From Ophelia neglecta (Eukaryota): a DNA stretch of 64,000 bases. This document shows, piece by piece, positions 1 through 12,400 of this stretch. Made by a program: the position numbers and the translations under genes. Below the pieces are notes generated by a model. That model was not told the DNA's origin, ran no database searches, and was given only the letters and a program-made list of their open reading frames with translations. The stretch lies in the NCBI GenBank assembly GCA_965285935.1, contig OZ260662.1, positions 30,938,001-31,002,000 of the forward strand, read 5' to 3'. The number at the start of each line of letters is the position of its first letter. Within the stretch, counting starts at the first letter, position 1.

Positions 1-47
1 TTCACTAACGATTTCTTTTATTTAGCAAGACATTAGGAAACACTCAC

Positions 48-3037
48 GGGGATGAGAGCCGACTTCTTTTTTATCTCCGGTCGAGAACAAATAGCCTTTA
101 GAGGGGGCAGAGGGATCCCCCGTAGCCAGAGCAGAAAAAATGGACGTCTGCAGGAAGCGCGTCAGTATTAAGATGATGAGCTAGTGACAAAATACAATAG
201 TCAGTATATTTATTTCCAGTAATATACAAACGGTACTTAGAATCAATAGAGATAAATAATATCATCTGTAGAAAATTATTCAGAGCTATCTAACTTTAGG
301 ATAAAAAGAGACTATTTTGCAAATTTAAGTTGCTAATCTCATATAGAATTGCCTTTTAAAGTGTAACCGGTTATGTTGTCATATTAGGCATCTACGTATC
401 CTTACTTTTTGTTATTTTATGGTTTACAGGGACAAATACTAAATAGAAACAGCACGCATAGTTCTTGATTTACTTAAATGTGCAAGTTTTACTTATAGGA
501 TGTTGTTAAGATTAATAATACATGAGGCAACCGACTTTTCGAATGACGATGTCGATCATGTCGGGAAAGAGCAGACGACCTACCTGTAAGAAGTACATGG
601 AGAGGACAAAGGCCCCGGCGTTCATCAGTATCTCGTCGCCGAAGTAATCCATGATGGCTTCCCGGCATCCCAGCTGGTGGAGAGTCAGATCCGTCAGGTA
701 GTTGTAGTTGTAGTGACGGCTATTAGTGTGAACTCTGTGATGTATACAGGGCCTTTGGGCCTTGGGGTTACAGCAGCTGAATGGCACGGAGTCAGCGTGG
801 AAGGTGAGTCCTTCTATACCCTCGTATACTGCTTTGCTGAGATGACAGAAGAATATAACAGATTGACACAGGGCAGAACGCGCGACATATAATTGTGATC
901 ATTGTCTTGCATAATATATTTTACTGTTGACCCAACGTATGTGTAATTGAACAGTGGCATATCAACTAGGTTATAAACTTATATGAACACCATGTTTGTG
1001 CTTCGTGGTTAAAAGTTTACAAAAACGTTGGTGAGATGTAAATATAAGGGGTTTAATCAAACATATCAGAAAAGCGAAACATGATAAATATTGCCTTCCT
1101 GTGGGAGCAATGTGAGCTATATTGGCCTTCAACAAAGGATATTTTCCACGGCCTAACGTTCTCAAATAATATCACTTTATTTGTACTGTATTAGCCGTAA
1201 GCCACTGATATTGCACATATTTGAAATTGAAATTAGAGGTGGTAATATTTACTGCATGACCCATCAGTGGCGTCAGGTATCTTGTTTGACAATCAAAATA
1301 CAAGAAACTTTTACCTAGAGTTAATTATACGTTATTAATATTGCAGTGCCATATGATAGGCCTATCAATTGCGTAGAAACACAGTCTGTGATTTGTCGGC
1401 AAATGGACTTGAAATGCCAATATTAGGCTATAAAACAAGGTCATGCGTTTTCATATTATTTGCGTACGTTGTGTGGGAGAAAATGGGATAACATTGATGG
1501 TCAGACATTCATGTTTTTATATTCATTTCAAACTTATAACATTAAAAGTGGGGCTTTAGGTCCGAATGAGAAAATTTCAGCTAAAAAAAGAATGAGAAAT
1601 GGGATCCATTTTTCCGAAACAACGAGCAATAGAACTGCTATCGGGGCAATATGTGCGGTAATATCAGGATTTTACAGGAATGTATGAGCGGCGGTAGACC
1701 AATCACAGAATCTCATCATTTATGAACTGCAGTAACGTTGGAATTCACCTTAAATCGGCGTTATCCTCTGCATCAATGAAGTTATCTGGAACCCAAGGAA
1801 CATGAAACCAGTTTTGATAGCGGTCATTGCCACAGCATGAATACTTTATCTGCAGACGATCTATTTCCTCCTTGATGTGAGAGGTACCTGTGTTAAACGA
1901 TATATTTATTAATTTACAGTAAAAAGGTAATGCTGTCCGTTTCGATAGGGATCTTCTAAAGGGAGACCATGAAGTAGCATGGGAATAGGAATATGATAGA
2001 GTTAGAATTAACATGATAGACAAGCTGGCCTAGCTGGCCATTTAAAAAATATCATCTTGATAACTTTTTGGTCAATTCTGAATAGGGAAATTATGTACAA
2101 AAATAAATTGACTTAGAAAGACCAAGCGACCCTGTTCTCAATCAAAACGGTGGCGGCATGAAACAACCATATAGAAACCTGCAATGTCGCTTTTACACAC
2201 CTAAAGTTATGAATATCAGTCATCCTACTTTTGTTTGAAGTTATTCAGTGGCCAAATTGTAAGTATGCTTAGAGCTTGTTATTTTTTGGTCCCATGAACG
2301 ACTGCAGTAGTTCTAAAACCAAATTTTACGGGACCTGTTGACGTAGGGTTTAAGCTATTAAAGTGGACTCATAGTATAAATATCTTAAAACAAAGTAGGC
2401 TAAAGGGCCAATTTATTCATAAAGGGAGGAATATATGAATTTGGGATAATAGCATTATATTGGTAATGGACAACAGCTAAATACGCGAACACATGTGAGA
2501 TATAGGATTAAGTTTTTTTGTTGTTGATATTTTTAAGGTGCCCAAATGACAAAGAAAACTAGATTTGGTTATCGTAAATATCGAAATTAACCTACCATTA
2601 CTTCTTTCACCGTATTTCTTCATAGCCGTTGTCAGTCCTCCTCGAAAGGAGTTGCGTAGATGGGTGATGTGGGTGAAGCAAAACACCCCGCAAGCCAGTA
2701 CACAAATGCTGACACATAGCGACAGGATCAAGTGTCCCAACAGGAACTGCTTGCATTGGCTCCGCTTGGCGGGGTCGCTGACAAAGAAGAGTAGTATACC
2801 TCCCAGAGAACTGACGACTGCCGAGATAAGTCCGACAGAAATCAGCAGGTATGGCATGCTGTTGCCATCGTAATCCTTCACCAGACTGGTGTATTCTTGC
2901 ACCGACAATTTCACGTGGGCGCCAATACCAGTCAATCCTAGTGAGGTTAGAATATATAACCAGTTGATGAATGCCAGAACAATTGAAAACTTAGACCGGG
3001 CGGTCTCGGTGAATTGAATAGCAGCTATATCTGTCAT
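48..3037 (-). CDS. PRPH2: Peripherin-2/RDS/ROM1-family tetraspanin, 3' end beyond the window. Exons 3037-2596, 1887-1749, 836-584, 180-48
   Basis: Four GT-AG exons join in frame (phases 1, 2, 0, 1). Three TM helices lie in exon 1. EC2 contains IDRLQIKYSCCGNDRYQNWFHVPW and VPFSCCNPKAQRPCIH...NSRHYNY...LGCREA, resembling peripherin [24 protein letters not shown] and VPFSCCNPSSPRPCI...NSAHYSY...GCRAA. The post-TM4 segment RFLQTS...SKGYL resembles peripherin RYLQTS...SQGWL. An alternative exon-1 donor at 2611 has the same phase. The symbol denotes family-level similarity only. Confidence 0.88.
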
Positions 3038-3161
3038 TTTCGACGGCGGGTATTACACTTAACTATAATCTCATCGCCCATCAATGTCGCCACCTACTCC
3101 AACAAACTTCTCTGTCGTAATTGTCAAGATAGTGACGTAATAGATAAAATCAGCGTAATAA

Positions 3162-3169
3162 TGACGTCA
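3162..3169. promoter_or_regulatory. CRE-like palindrome TGACGTCA upstream of the tetraspanin ATG
   Basis: Perfect CRE 125 bp upstream of the ATG. A variant TGACGTAA is at 3133-3140 and another perfect CRE at 4151-4158. Motif match only. Confidence 0.3.
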
Positions 3170-3339
3170 CGTCTGAAGCACTTTGGGATAAGAGCCAAAA
3201 GCAATATAGTCATTGGACCGAGGCCAGATTTTGTCAATTTTGCAGGCACCTCGAGATCTGAAGACAAATACATTTTTGCACCAGTTGATAGCTGGGGACG
3301 CTTTCTGAATGAACATACATTTTGTCTTCTTGATTGTCT

Positions 3340-3353
3340 GTTACCATGGTAAC
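3340..3353. promoter_or_regulatory. RFX X-box GTTACCATGGTAAC
   Basis: Perfect 14-bp palindrome matching the X-box consensus GTTNCCATGGNAAC, about 300 bp upstream of the peripherin-like ATG. Confidence 0.65.
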
Positions 3354-3478
3354 CACTTCTAAACAAAATTCAGTGCAATTGCCAAAAAAGTGTTATGTTT
3401 ATGTATATGTTTACGAGGATCAAAATTCCATAATGTGCACCCCAGCTGGTGCTAAAAAAAACAATTGGATTTGGTCAG

Positions 3479-3492
3479 GTTGCCATGGTTAC
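3479..3492. promoter_or_regulatory. Second RFX X-box GTTGCCATGGTTAC
   Basis: Near-consensus X-box 139 bp from the first. Confidence 0.55.
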
Positions 3493-6422
3493 GGATTCAT
3501 TTGTTATTAAAAGTGATATTTTATAGTTCGATTTTGGGACTTCCTTGGATTTCTTAAAGTGTCCAATTACAAAATGATCTAATTGAATAAATATATCAAT
3601 GTTACCTGGTCAAGGACATATTATTAAAATAAAACAAAAATGAGAAGATAAAAAGGTACTTTCAAACCATACAACCTCGCTGAGGATTTTAATCATTTTC
3701 TCTTTAAGTATGTGCACAGAAGTGTTTTGTCCACGTTATGACTTTGTCGGTGACAGCCTGTGCCCTTACGCACAGTCACATTAAAATCGTTTTCTGCCCT
3801 AAGACAGTATTGAGGAAAAGTATAGGACAAGTGTTGAACCATTCATTTTATTTGTAAATGAGACTTCTGCGAAATGGCAAAATAAAACGGTCACTGTCTT
3901 CGGGCTACCGATGCTACGTATTTTTCCTTTATGTCTGCTCTTCATTTTTTATCTTTTATTAGGACCGATATTTCCTATAGAGGTCACCGGGTATTTTGTC
4001 GATGAAATGATGGCAGAGCCAACTAAAAGTTCGATCCCCCAAAATCTAGTGCCTTTATATCATATATGATTGGATATAAGAATGATAAGATCGACACAGG
4101 ATCGATGCAGGTTGCAGGTCAGAAAGGAGCATTTCGCGCCAATTAATTTATGACGTCACAGTATAAACGTCGTCATGCAATAGAAGATACCGCATTATTT
4201 GCAGAAGTCTATGTCTGAAATGACTATCTTCCTGGAAGTGTGTAACATTACTTTCAATAAAAAATGTGAAAATATTTTTATTGTAAATTCTGGAGGGATC
4301 TAGCTGAAAAGTGCTCTCTGAATTTTGAGCGACTTAAATTGATGAGAAATTGATCCGAAATAAAGTAAACTACCCTTCGGTCGGATTTATACATTTGAGC
4401 ATAGAACTAAAGATAAACCTAAAGTCATTTTTTACAAAACAATAGATGAAATTCGATTATTACCCTGTGTTTTATCTGTTTTTCAATACCAAGTATAGGT
4501 ATAAAGGAGACAATGTTTGTCTTACTAGGAGTTACCATATCCTTTTATAAAGTGTACAGCAACATAACATAGTCAGGGGTTGCTAAAGCCATGATGTTGT
4601 CAATACACCTAAAGGGGTATTTAAGCGAAGTAGTATTTGCTCAGGCCTTATTGTAATACAAGGATTACGCACGATTCTGTCACATCTTCACACTGTGATG
4701 AATTCTTCCAATTTCTTGAATTATTCTTCGGCAAGAAACAACTTTGCGGGGGGGGGGGGTAATTTCGGGATCGGCCGGCCTTTTTAATTGTCCCTTAAAC
4801 GGAAATTTAAAGCTTAATTTTTCGCGAGTCGGGATTTTACATTTGTCTGTGATTCGAGACCAAGCAATTTCATTATCTGTGGAACCTGGGTATGTTTTGT
4901 TTAATTTTCCGTTATAAGGGAATCACTATTACAACGTACCGAGGTGCGGAAAATAGCCTAATCTTTATGACATAAAAAATGCCGATTTTTGGTGTCCGCG
5001 TTTCTGGATTAATCTATATTTTGCAAACTGTGAAAGGGTCCTAATCTTCCCTCAATTTTACCCAGACGGCATAACATATTAAACTGGAAATATGCCAGCC
5101 ATTCGCAAGAGGATCAGCCGCTTTTTCAGTTGCAGTCTGGCAAACCACTGCTCACTCTTTCAATACTGCGACCGTTTGGTACTACCATAGCATAAAAGAC
5201 GTTGTCATTACAAATTGAGTTCTTATTCTGGCGAAAAATGGGGTACGTCGTAAATAAAATATTTATTTTTGCCACTTTCAGTCAGGCACAAAGTACCACT
5301 TTAATATATCAGGCAAATTATAATCCTGATTTCAGTAATATTTGTACTGCGGATTATGGACAGATCCCTACTTCAAATCTGCCAAATTTGTTTGAAACGT
5401 TAGGTACTCGTACAATGAAAGATGTGTAGTTCTGGAATAAGCTCCAAATCTATTAAAAATTGAAACATAATGCATAAATATGACTCATCCGAGCCCCAGC
5501 TTATAATAAGTTTGTCAAGTAACTGCATGACCTAAACACAAAAGCTAAGCCGTAACAAAGAGTTATAATGCAATCAGTTACAATTGTATTTTCCTCGGTG
5601 TAAGCGACTACTTTGCAATATTTTGGATATAAAATATTTGATACGTTTTTTTAAAGATCTTTGTATACAAATTTTTCACTGTAGGGAAAATTGAAATCAC
5701 CCTGATCGTGACCGACATGAAAGCAAGATGGTGTATAATTATTCGGAAAACATAGATTTTTATCGCACGGTTTTTTGTATGTTTCGATTTTAAATGTAAT
5801 TTAATGTTCATTTTTCATATAAATTGTACCTGTAATTCGCGAAACCATGAAGATTCATATGTGTGTTTGTTTTACCTGGAGGCAGCATACATTTCGTCGT
5901 CGGAGCATTTAGGGCCGACGGAGGGGCTGACCGGTGAATGTGCGATCTGTCGGCCCGGGATATACATGTGATATTTTGGCTTAATTTTATGACTTGTCTA
6001 TTAAGTTGAGCAAATAAAATAATGCCTAATCACGCTACCGATGCTATCCCAGCTTCAAGGTGTGTTACAATGGCCTCTTGTTTACACCACGGCTTTGCTA
6101 TACACCAAACAAACCCAAGTTGTCAGGTGAGCCACCGCAGAAAGATGATCCTGTAAATGTCGGAATGAATTGTAGGTGCGCCAACGGGTTCTAGGGTAAC
6201 ATAGGTGAAGGATGGCGAACCAGGCTCGTGGCAAAATAATAGTACCAACAAGGGATATTGAGCGTCAGGGTGTTTTTCCCTAAATGCTAATTTGCCAAGG
6301 AATACCTGGTTTCTTCCCCCTACAGAAATGTGTCTCCCCCCACAGCACCCCCCACCCCCACCCCAATTTTTTTTCATTTTCTTAAAAGCCACTCCGCTCG
6401 TGCCAACTCGTTCCGCTCGTCT

Positions 6423-6438
6423 CCCCCCCCCCCCCCCC

Positions 6439-6469
<31 letters not shown>
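6423..6469. repeat. poly(C) plus (TA)n microsatellite
   Basis: Directly visible. Confidence 0.9.
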
Positions 6470-6828
6470 CATTAATTCACTTGCGAACAGCTTTCTAGTA
6501 TGCTTATAATTTGTGATTTACAAACGTTATTAACATTTTATACACAATAGACGATTTAGGTTCATTGCTTATTTAATTCTGAAAATTATTCTTATGAATA
6601 AACAAATATCGAATACTGTAGTGGAGTTGCCACAGCATAATTCAATAGTTTTGTACTTTTTTATAATACATTTAATTTTTTTAGTTTTTATTGCTATATA
6701 TATGTACAGATGCAGGTAATCGAGACTTTCCAGTGATATAATTATTAATATTAGTTAGACAGGAAACCTGGGTCTTATAGGTCTAATACAAATAAGGACA
6801 AAAACTAAATATCCCGAGTGAAACTTGA

Positions 6829-6881
6829 GTTTCACGTTCATATTTCATATTTCTTTGAAATATGAAATATGAACCTGAAAC
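6829..6881. repeat. 25-bp inverted repeat (hairpin) with 3-nt loop
   Basis: GTTTCACGTTCATATTTCATATTTC-ttt-GAAATATGAAATATGAACCTGAAAC, one mismatch. Confidence 0.85.
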
Positions 6882-7170
6882 GTAAGCAACTGATACTTAT
6901 CTCACGATTAAAAAAAACTGAATAGAAATATTACACAAAAAGTTTTATCAGGATAGAGATTGGGTTGGGGATGTAGCACAAGGACCACATAGCACAATGG
7001 ATAGAGTCGCCGATATAGCTGGGCTAGGTGGTGGTACCGCAATGGGTGACAGATAAAGTGTTGAGGATAGTGATGTGCAATGAACATTGTAGTCAGTACA
7101 TGTAATGAGTGAGAAATTGCCAGTGACAGAACTAAGTTTGATCATCAACCGAAAACTACATGGCTGCTGA

Positions 7171-7364
7171 GTTTCACACCTAATAATGAACACTGGTTCA
7201 TGGTCACACAACATAAAAACATCTTCATATAATAATTGGATAACAATTAACACCTATTACGGTTCAGCAGGCAATGATGCAAAACATCAGTACCGGTGTG
7301 AGTAGTTTGATTTCACACCTTTGTGCCTGTAGTAATTTAATATTACCCATGTGCTTTCACACCT
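7171..7364 (+). promoter_or_regulatory. T-box site cluster upstream of array gene copy 1 (repeated with variants in every unit)
   Basis: TCACACCT at 7174, 7313 and 7357, TAACACCT at 7248, and GGTGTGA at 7295 (perfect AGGTGTGA in copies 2, 6, 7, 9). Interspersed TTTGAT motifs and a perfect TCF site ATCAAAG at 7599. CCAAT and TATA-like motifs lie between the cluster and the ATG. Confidence 0.55.
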
Positions 7365-7670
7365 TATCAGGCGTTGTGAGTGCCAAGACACATGAGTTGA
7401 GTGCTGTCCAATCACTGTAAGTGTTAAATACACTCCACTCAACTTATGCCTGATGGCTGGTGATACTAACACATATCTCGGTATATTAGGCTAGGAGTTA
7501 GAGAACTCCTTAGATCTGATCTTGAGCTAACCCACACTACAACCACACTACCACCATAAAGAGACAGAGAGAGAGAGAGAACCTGACTGCCTGAATTCAT
7601 CAAAGAGCTGTATATCTTTACATTTTTGCCTATCCCTGCAGAATTTCTAGATCATCATCATCCATTCACT

Positions 7671-8782
7671 ATGGACAAAGTTGTTCTTGGTCAGGAGACC
7701 TTTGCCCGCCAGAAAAAGAGAACCCCACAGGTGAACATTGTTGTATTATCAGACATAATTTTTACATAAATGTTCATAAGATTACTTAGCATATACTAAT
7801 TGTCATTTTATTCCAATATTTTCTCAATGAACGGGTAACCGAATAAACCTGTTAATATACTTTCTCATACAGAGTTAGTGGTGAGCTTCAAAGTTTGGCG
7901 ATACTCTCCTTAATTTTATTTCATTTTCATAATTTTTAATGATTACAATATTTTTTAAATTTATGATTAAATGTTGCATTTTAAAATCAAAACAAATATT
8001 CTCACACACCGTTTGTCTATTCTCAGGTTCTTTGGAGAAGGATTGGAACTTCTGTTTACCCTTGCCCTGCTGAGTGCCTGGAGAATTCCACTCATTCGGA
8101 CAACAGCATAGAGTTGTCTTCCGACTTCTACGACAGACTTCCGGACATCAGTCTAGAGATGAGCAGTGTTCACCGTGTTTGCCATAACATCACACGATGC
8201 TCGGATGACACCAGACTCTCGGACTATTCATCCCACATCAGGTTCAGTGGGAGTACCTACAGCAAGATACAGAGTCCCCAAACTTCCACCAGAACGGACC
8301 TCAGCCAGACCCCACCCAGTGCCTGTTGGTCGTCCATCCTGACATCTGGTGACTCCTGGGAGTACTGCCTACCCGAGGTGCCCCACAACAGCCCCGATGT
8401 CAGTCTAGAGTCCAGGATGACCCTGGTCCGCCCTGCTTGTCACACACGGTCATCTCTAGGCCCAAGGCCCCAGTGTGATGGACAAGAGTCAGAAGAACAC
8501 TCCCCGCCAAATGAGAGTTTCGACGGTGTGGACCCCCTAGACTCCGAGGAGGATCTTGGACTTTCGCTTCTGACTGCCTCATTGACCTCTACCCACACCC
8601 GGCTGCACACCACCGCTGACTCCGATGCCACCTTCTTCATGCATGCGCCTTTATCCCGGAAGGCAGTCACCAAGCAGGAAGCCCATAGTAAAAGGAAAAG
8701 GATTCTTACCAAGCTGAAGAAGTTTAAGCAGCACTTCAACAGTGTTGCTGGGGGCCAGATGCACACGTTAGCTGTCCTCTAG
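7671..8782 (+). CDS. Unknown-family array gene, copy 1 (exons 7671-7730, 8027-8782; 271 aa)
   Basis: MDKVVLGQETFARQKKRTPQ, then gtgaac...ttctcag, then VLWRRIGTSVYPCPAECLE in frame with ORF 8114-8782. Ends KRKRILTKLKKFKQHFNSVAGGQMHTLAVL. Confidence 0.8.
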
Positions 8783-9379
8783 GATGGAAAATAAGTGACA
8801 TGAATACCTGGAAAAACATGCCTGTGATAGAGACTGCTACAGCAAACATGCCCTTTAAACATTCCATGCAAACAGTGTTGGGGAAAGAGAACTTTAAAGA
8901 ATCTAGCATATGTTCTTTATTTATTTTTATTTTTTAATGTTACATTTGATATTTTAAATATTGGAGCCACGGAGGTGCCTATTATGGTTATATTTATGCA
9001 ATTGATAAGCCACCAATGCCTTTTAAGTCTACAAGACCTATTAGGAGCCTAACAAGTCAATGGATTGCTTCGTTTATTAATAAGTACTTTCCATTTATAT
9101 CATAATCATCCTGTTAGTCATTATGTAAATATGTAAATACGTTGAAAGACGTAAATAAATCATACTGTTATTAAACATGCTGAATTTCTTTTAAAGTCAA
9201 TGAAAAATTGGTTACAAAGTAAGTTTAAGTGCCGCGAGTTTCAATTTACTGAGAAGATATATTTCCTAATACGAGATTCAGTGGTTTGATATACGAAAAA
9301 TATAAAATCACACGATTTACCATAAGGCCACTCTGCACAACCTAAGTTGAAAAAGTGAGGTCAACAAGGTCTGCATTTT

Positions 9380-9381
<2 letters not shown>

Positions 9382-9457
<76 letters not shown>
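9382..9457. repeat. (TA)n microsatellite at the LINE 3' tail
   Basis: Directly visible, abutting the LINE 3' end. Confidence 0.9.
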
Positions 9458-12400
9458 GTCTTTATTTCCTCCTTGTCAGGAGCGTACTCCTAAGAGATAC
9501 ATAATAATAAACTAGTGCTGATAATTATAAAGAATATAAGTTACATCAGTAAGTCAAAATAATATTAACAATTGCAATAGATAATAGGTTCTTATAGGCA
9601 TAGTAGTTATATCTTGCAAAATAATTTACCTATTGTAGCAAAATACTTTACAATTTTCACAATCTCGAAAGTGCCTGCCTAAATTTTTCCAAATAATAAT
9701 ATTCCATTTCATAAAACGTTAATGGGTTTCTTCTGTGAAGGAACACTTGATAAATATCCTAAGATGTGTAGCACGAATTGTTCATCATCAAGAGTACATA
9801 AATAAACCTCGGTGTTAACTGGGAGAGTACAAATGGCAATGTCCCAGAAAACTTCCCTCTCCCCGCAATATTGTTCACACTGGCATAGTTTGTGAGTAAG
9901 AAGGTCCTAAAACTTAGAGTTACAAATATGGCATACTCCAATATCTCCACTTGGAATAGTATACAGTCTTGCAAAATCATAGGCTTGCCTGGCCATATCG
10001 GGTGCTGTCCGTAAATACTGCCAGACCTTGGAAGGAGACAGGATGTTTACTCCCTGTAAGTATGTCTCTTGGAGCTTTCTCAACCTAGACAGACTGTGGT
10101 CACACAACAATCCATCATGATTACTCTTAGCGCATTCAACAGACGCAACTGCGTTTGCAATTAAATTTGACCATTCACGTTTGTTAGGACATGTTCCTTG
10201 CTCAAGGTATTCTGTTATATACTGATAAAGGTCATACTTATGTAGCAAGTTTACACAATCTGAAACAAACCCGGACTGGACATGACCCGACGGCTGGAGC
10301 TTAAATGACCACAGACGTCTGAGAAATACCGCCTTGGCCACGCACTCAACAGGTAACTCACACAGTCTGCCCTTGAAATGTAGCTTTCGTGTGTCAATGT
10401 GCGCCATGGTCGAACACCATCCCAACATCCCGAAGGCTACGTCCGCCCTAGTCGCCTTGTGAAAACTCTGAATCATTTTAGCACAACACCGGTGGGCCGT
10501 TTCCAACTTACTTGCCCCTTCCTTTGTGAGCGAGTTCCATAGTTCACATCCATAGAGAGCGGAAGTTCTCACAGAAGATTTAAAGATTTTGGTCATAGTT
10601 ATTGGGGTTGCCCCCAACCGCATGTGACTGGCCATCAGACACCTGGACTTTGCACAGGCACGACGAACCTGCTCTCTGAGATTAAATTTGTCGTTTAATA
10701 ACACACCGACGTGGACCTCCTCTGAAACAACAGGAATCACCTCTTTATCCAAAGTAACACTGCCATTGGCACTTCGGCGACACACTTTATTTATTTCCAA
10801 AAACCATCACCCTAGATTTACTTGAGTTAAAAATTGTCCGCCACCTACAGGAATACTTCCAGGCGGTGTCGATCATTTTTGGAGTTGCCTTGGGCTACTT
10901 GCTAGGAGGACTATATCGTCCGCCTGAGTGGGACACCCAATATACGTGTCCCCCAGTGAAAGCCCTGATCCGGAAGTCTCCAGTTCTCTCAATATTGGGT
11001 CTATATAAGCTAAAAATTTCCATGGGCCCTAAACCGATCCTTGCATAACAGATTGTAACATCGGAAATGCTCTAGATTTCGCTCCGTCCACAAGTACTCT
11101 GCATGTCCTTCCTGTGTCAGAATTAAGCATCAGCTGCCACATTCTGCCTCTTATCCCCAACTCACGTAGACAAACAAATAGGCCCACATGCCAGACTGAG
11201 TCAAATGCTGAGGCTGAATCCAGCATACACATATACACTCTAGACCCTCCCTCTACATGGTGACGTATGCCTTATTGGATAATAAAGGAAACCATTAAAC
11301 TGTCTCGTTTCACCTGGCAGGCATTTTGCAAAGAATGAGAGAAATCTGGTTTGTACAGGCAGGCCCACTTCCTAAATCGCCCTAGTGTCAGTCTTTCACA
11401 CACCTTGAAAATTACTGGCGAGAGGGTCACACCCTTGTAATTCTTTCTGCTATCTTCGTGTTTCTTTGTCCCTTTGAAAATCGTCACCACCAATCCTAGC
11501 TTTATTAATTTTTGGGCACATAACTAAGTTTTATATATCAAGTTGAATAGCTATGTAAGTTTTAGCGTTAACAGGGCTCCTCCGTACTTAATGTGCTCAT
11601 TTTGAATGCTGTCAATACCGGGGACTTCCTTAGCTCGAGCAAACGCACAACCTCCATCACCTCGGCCGGGTTAATGGGTGCACCCATAATCTGATCTTGT
11701 TCTGTATGGGTCATCTCCTTTAGCTCACGGAAAACCTTCTCCATACATGCCTGGTGCTTGGTGTCAAAATACGAGTTGTCTAAAGGTTGATACATACGCT
11801 CAAAATGAGCGTGCCAAGCATTTAAAATGGCTCCTGGTTCCCTTAGTATTGTGTTGCCTACTTTCAATTCCGTCTTGGGTTGTGACTGTTTTTTATTCCT
11901 CTTAACCATACAGAAAAGTTTTTTTTCTGGTCGGTTTCTGCAGCTACCTCGATATCTTTTTTCGATTTCACTTTGAAGACCTCTCTCACACTGGCGCCTC
12001 AGACACCTGAACTTGCGCTTTTCAATTTTGTAATTTAAGTACGAAGGGTGTTCATTGCCCCTTGGCTTTCCCTCTCTCTCCCACTTTTCTCTGGCCACCC
12101 TCATTTTATTGTGTAGCTCAGAAAGCCCACTCCCTCGCCATTAAGGCGTCTTTGCACTGTTAAATTTTGAGGTAGGCACTGTACTTTCAGACCCACGGCT
12201 TAGTATGTCTAGCAAACGTTTATATTGAGTATCTAATTAGCAATTAGTGGTGATATCGTCACAGTCAGCAAGATCGCAGAGTCACGTGTTGTTCGTAGGT
12301 TCTCGATAGTTCTAATTTGGAGAGCCTGTCCCATGCATACCATTCTCCAGCGAATGATGATTGTTTAATTTGGAATGGCTTTGTATAAATGAATCCAGCA

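Noticed and set aside
3904-6046. 13-bp direct repeat GCTACCGATGCTA at about 3904 and 6034
   Set aside because: No element termini or coding remnants between them to support a TSD, so possibly chance.
7287-7472. Recurrent short ORFs in each unit (MLVSPAIRHK..., MRRERPGSS..., MFTVFVITTH..., MEFLFNLLY..., MDDDDDLEEL...)
   Set aside because: They recur only because the DNA is duplicated. They are antisense or off-frame shadows, often with non-ATG starts, and are broken in some copies.
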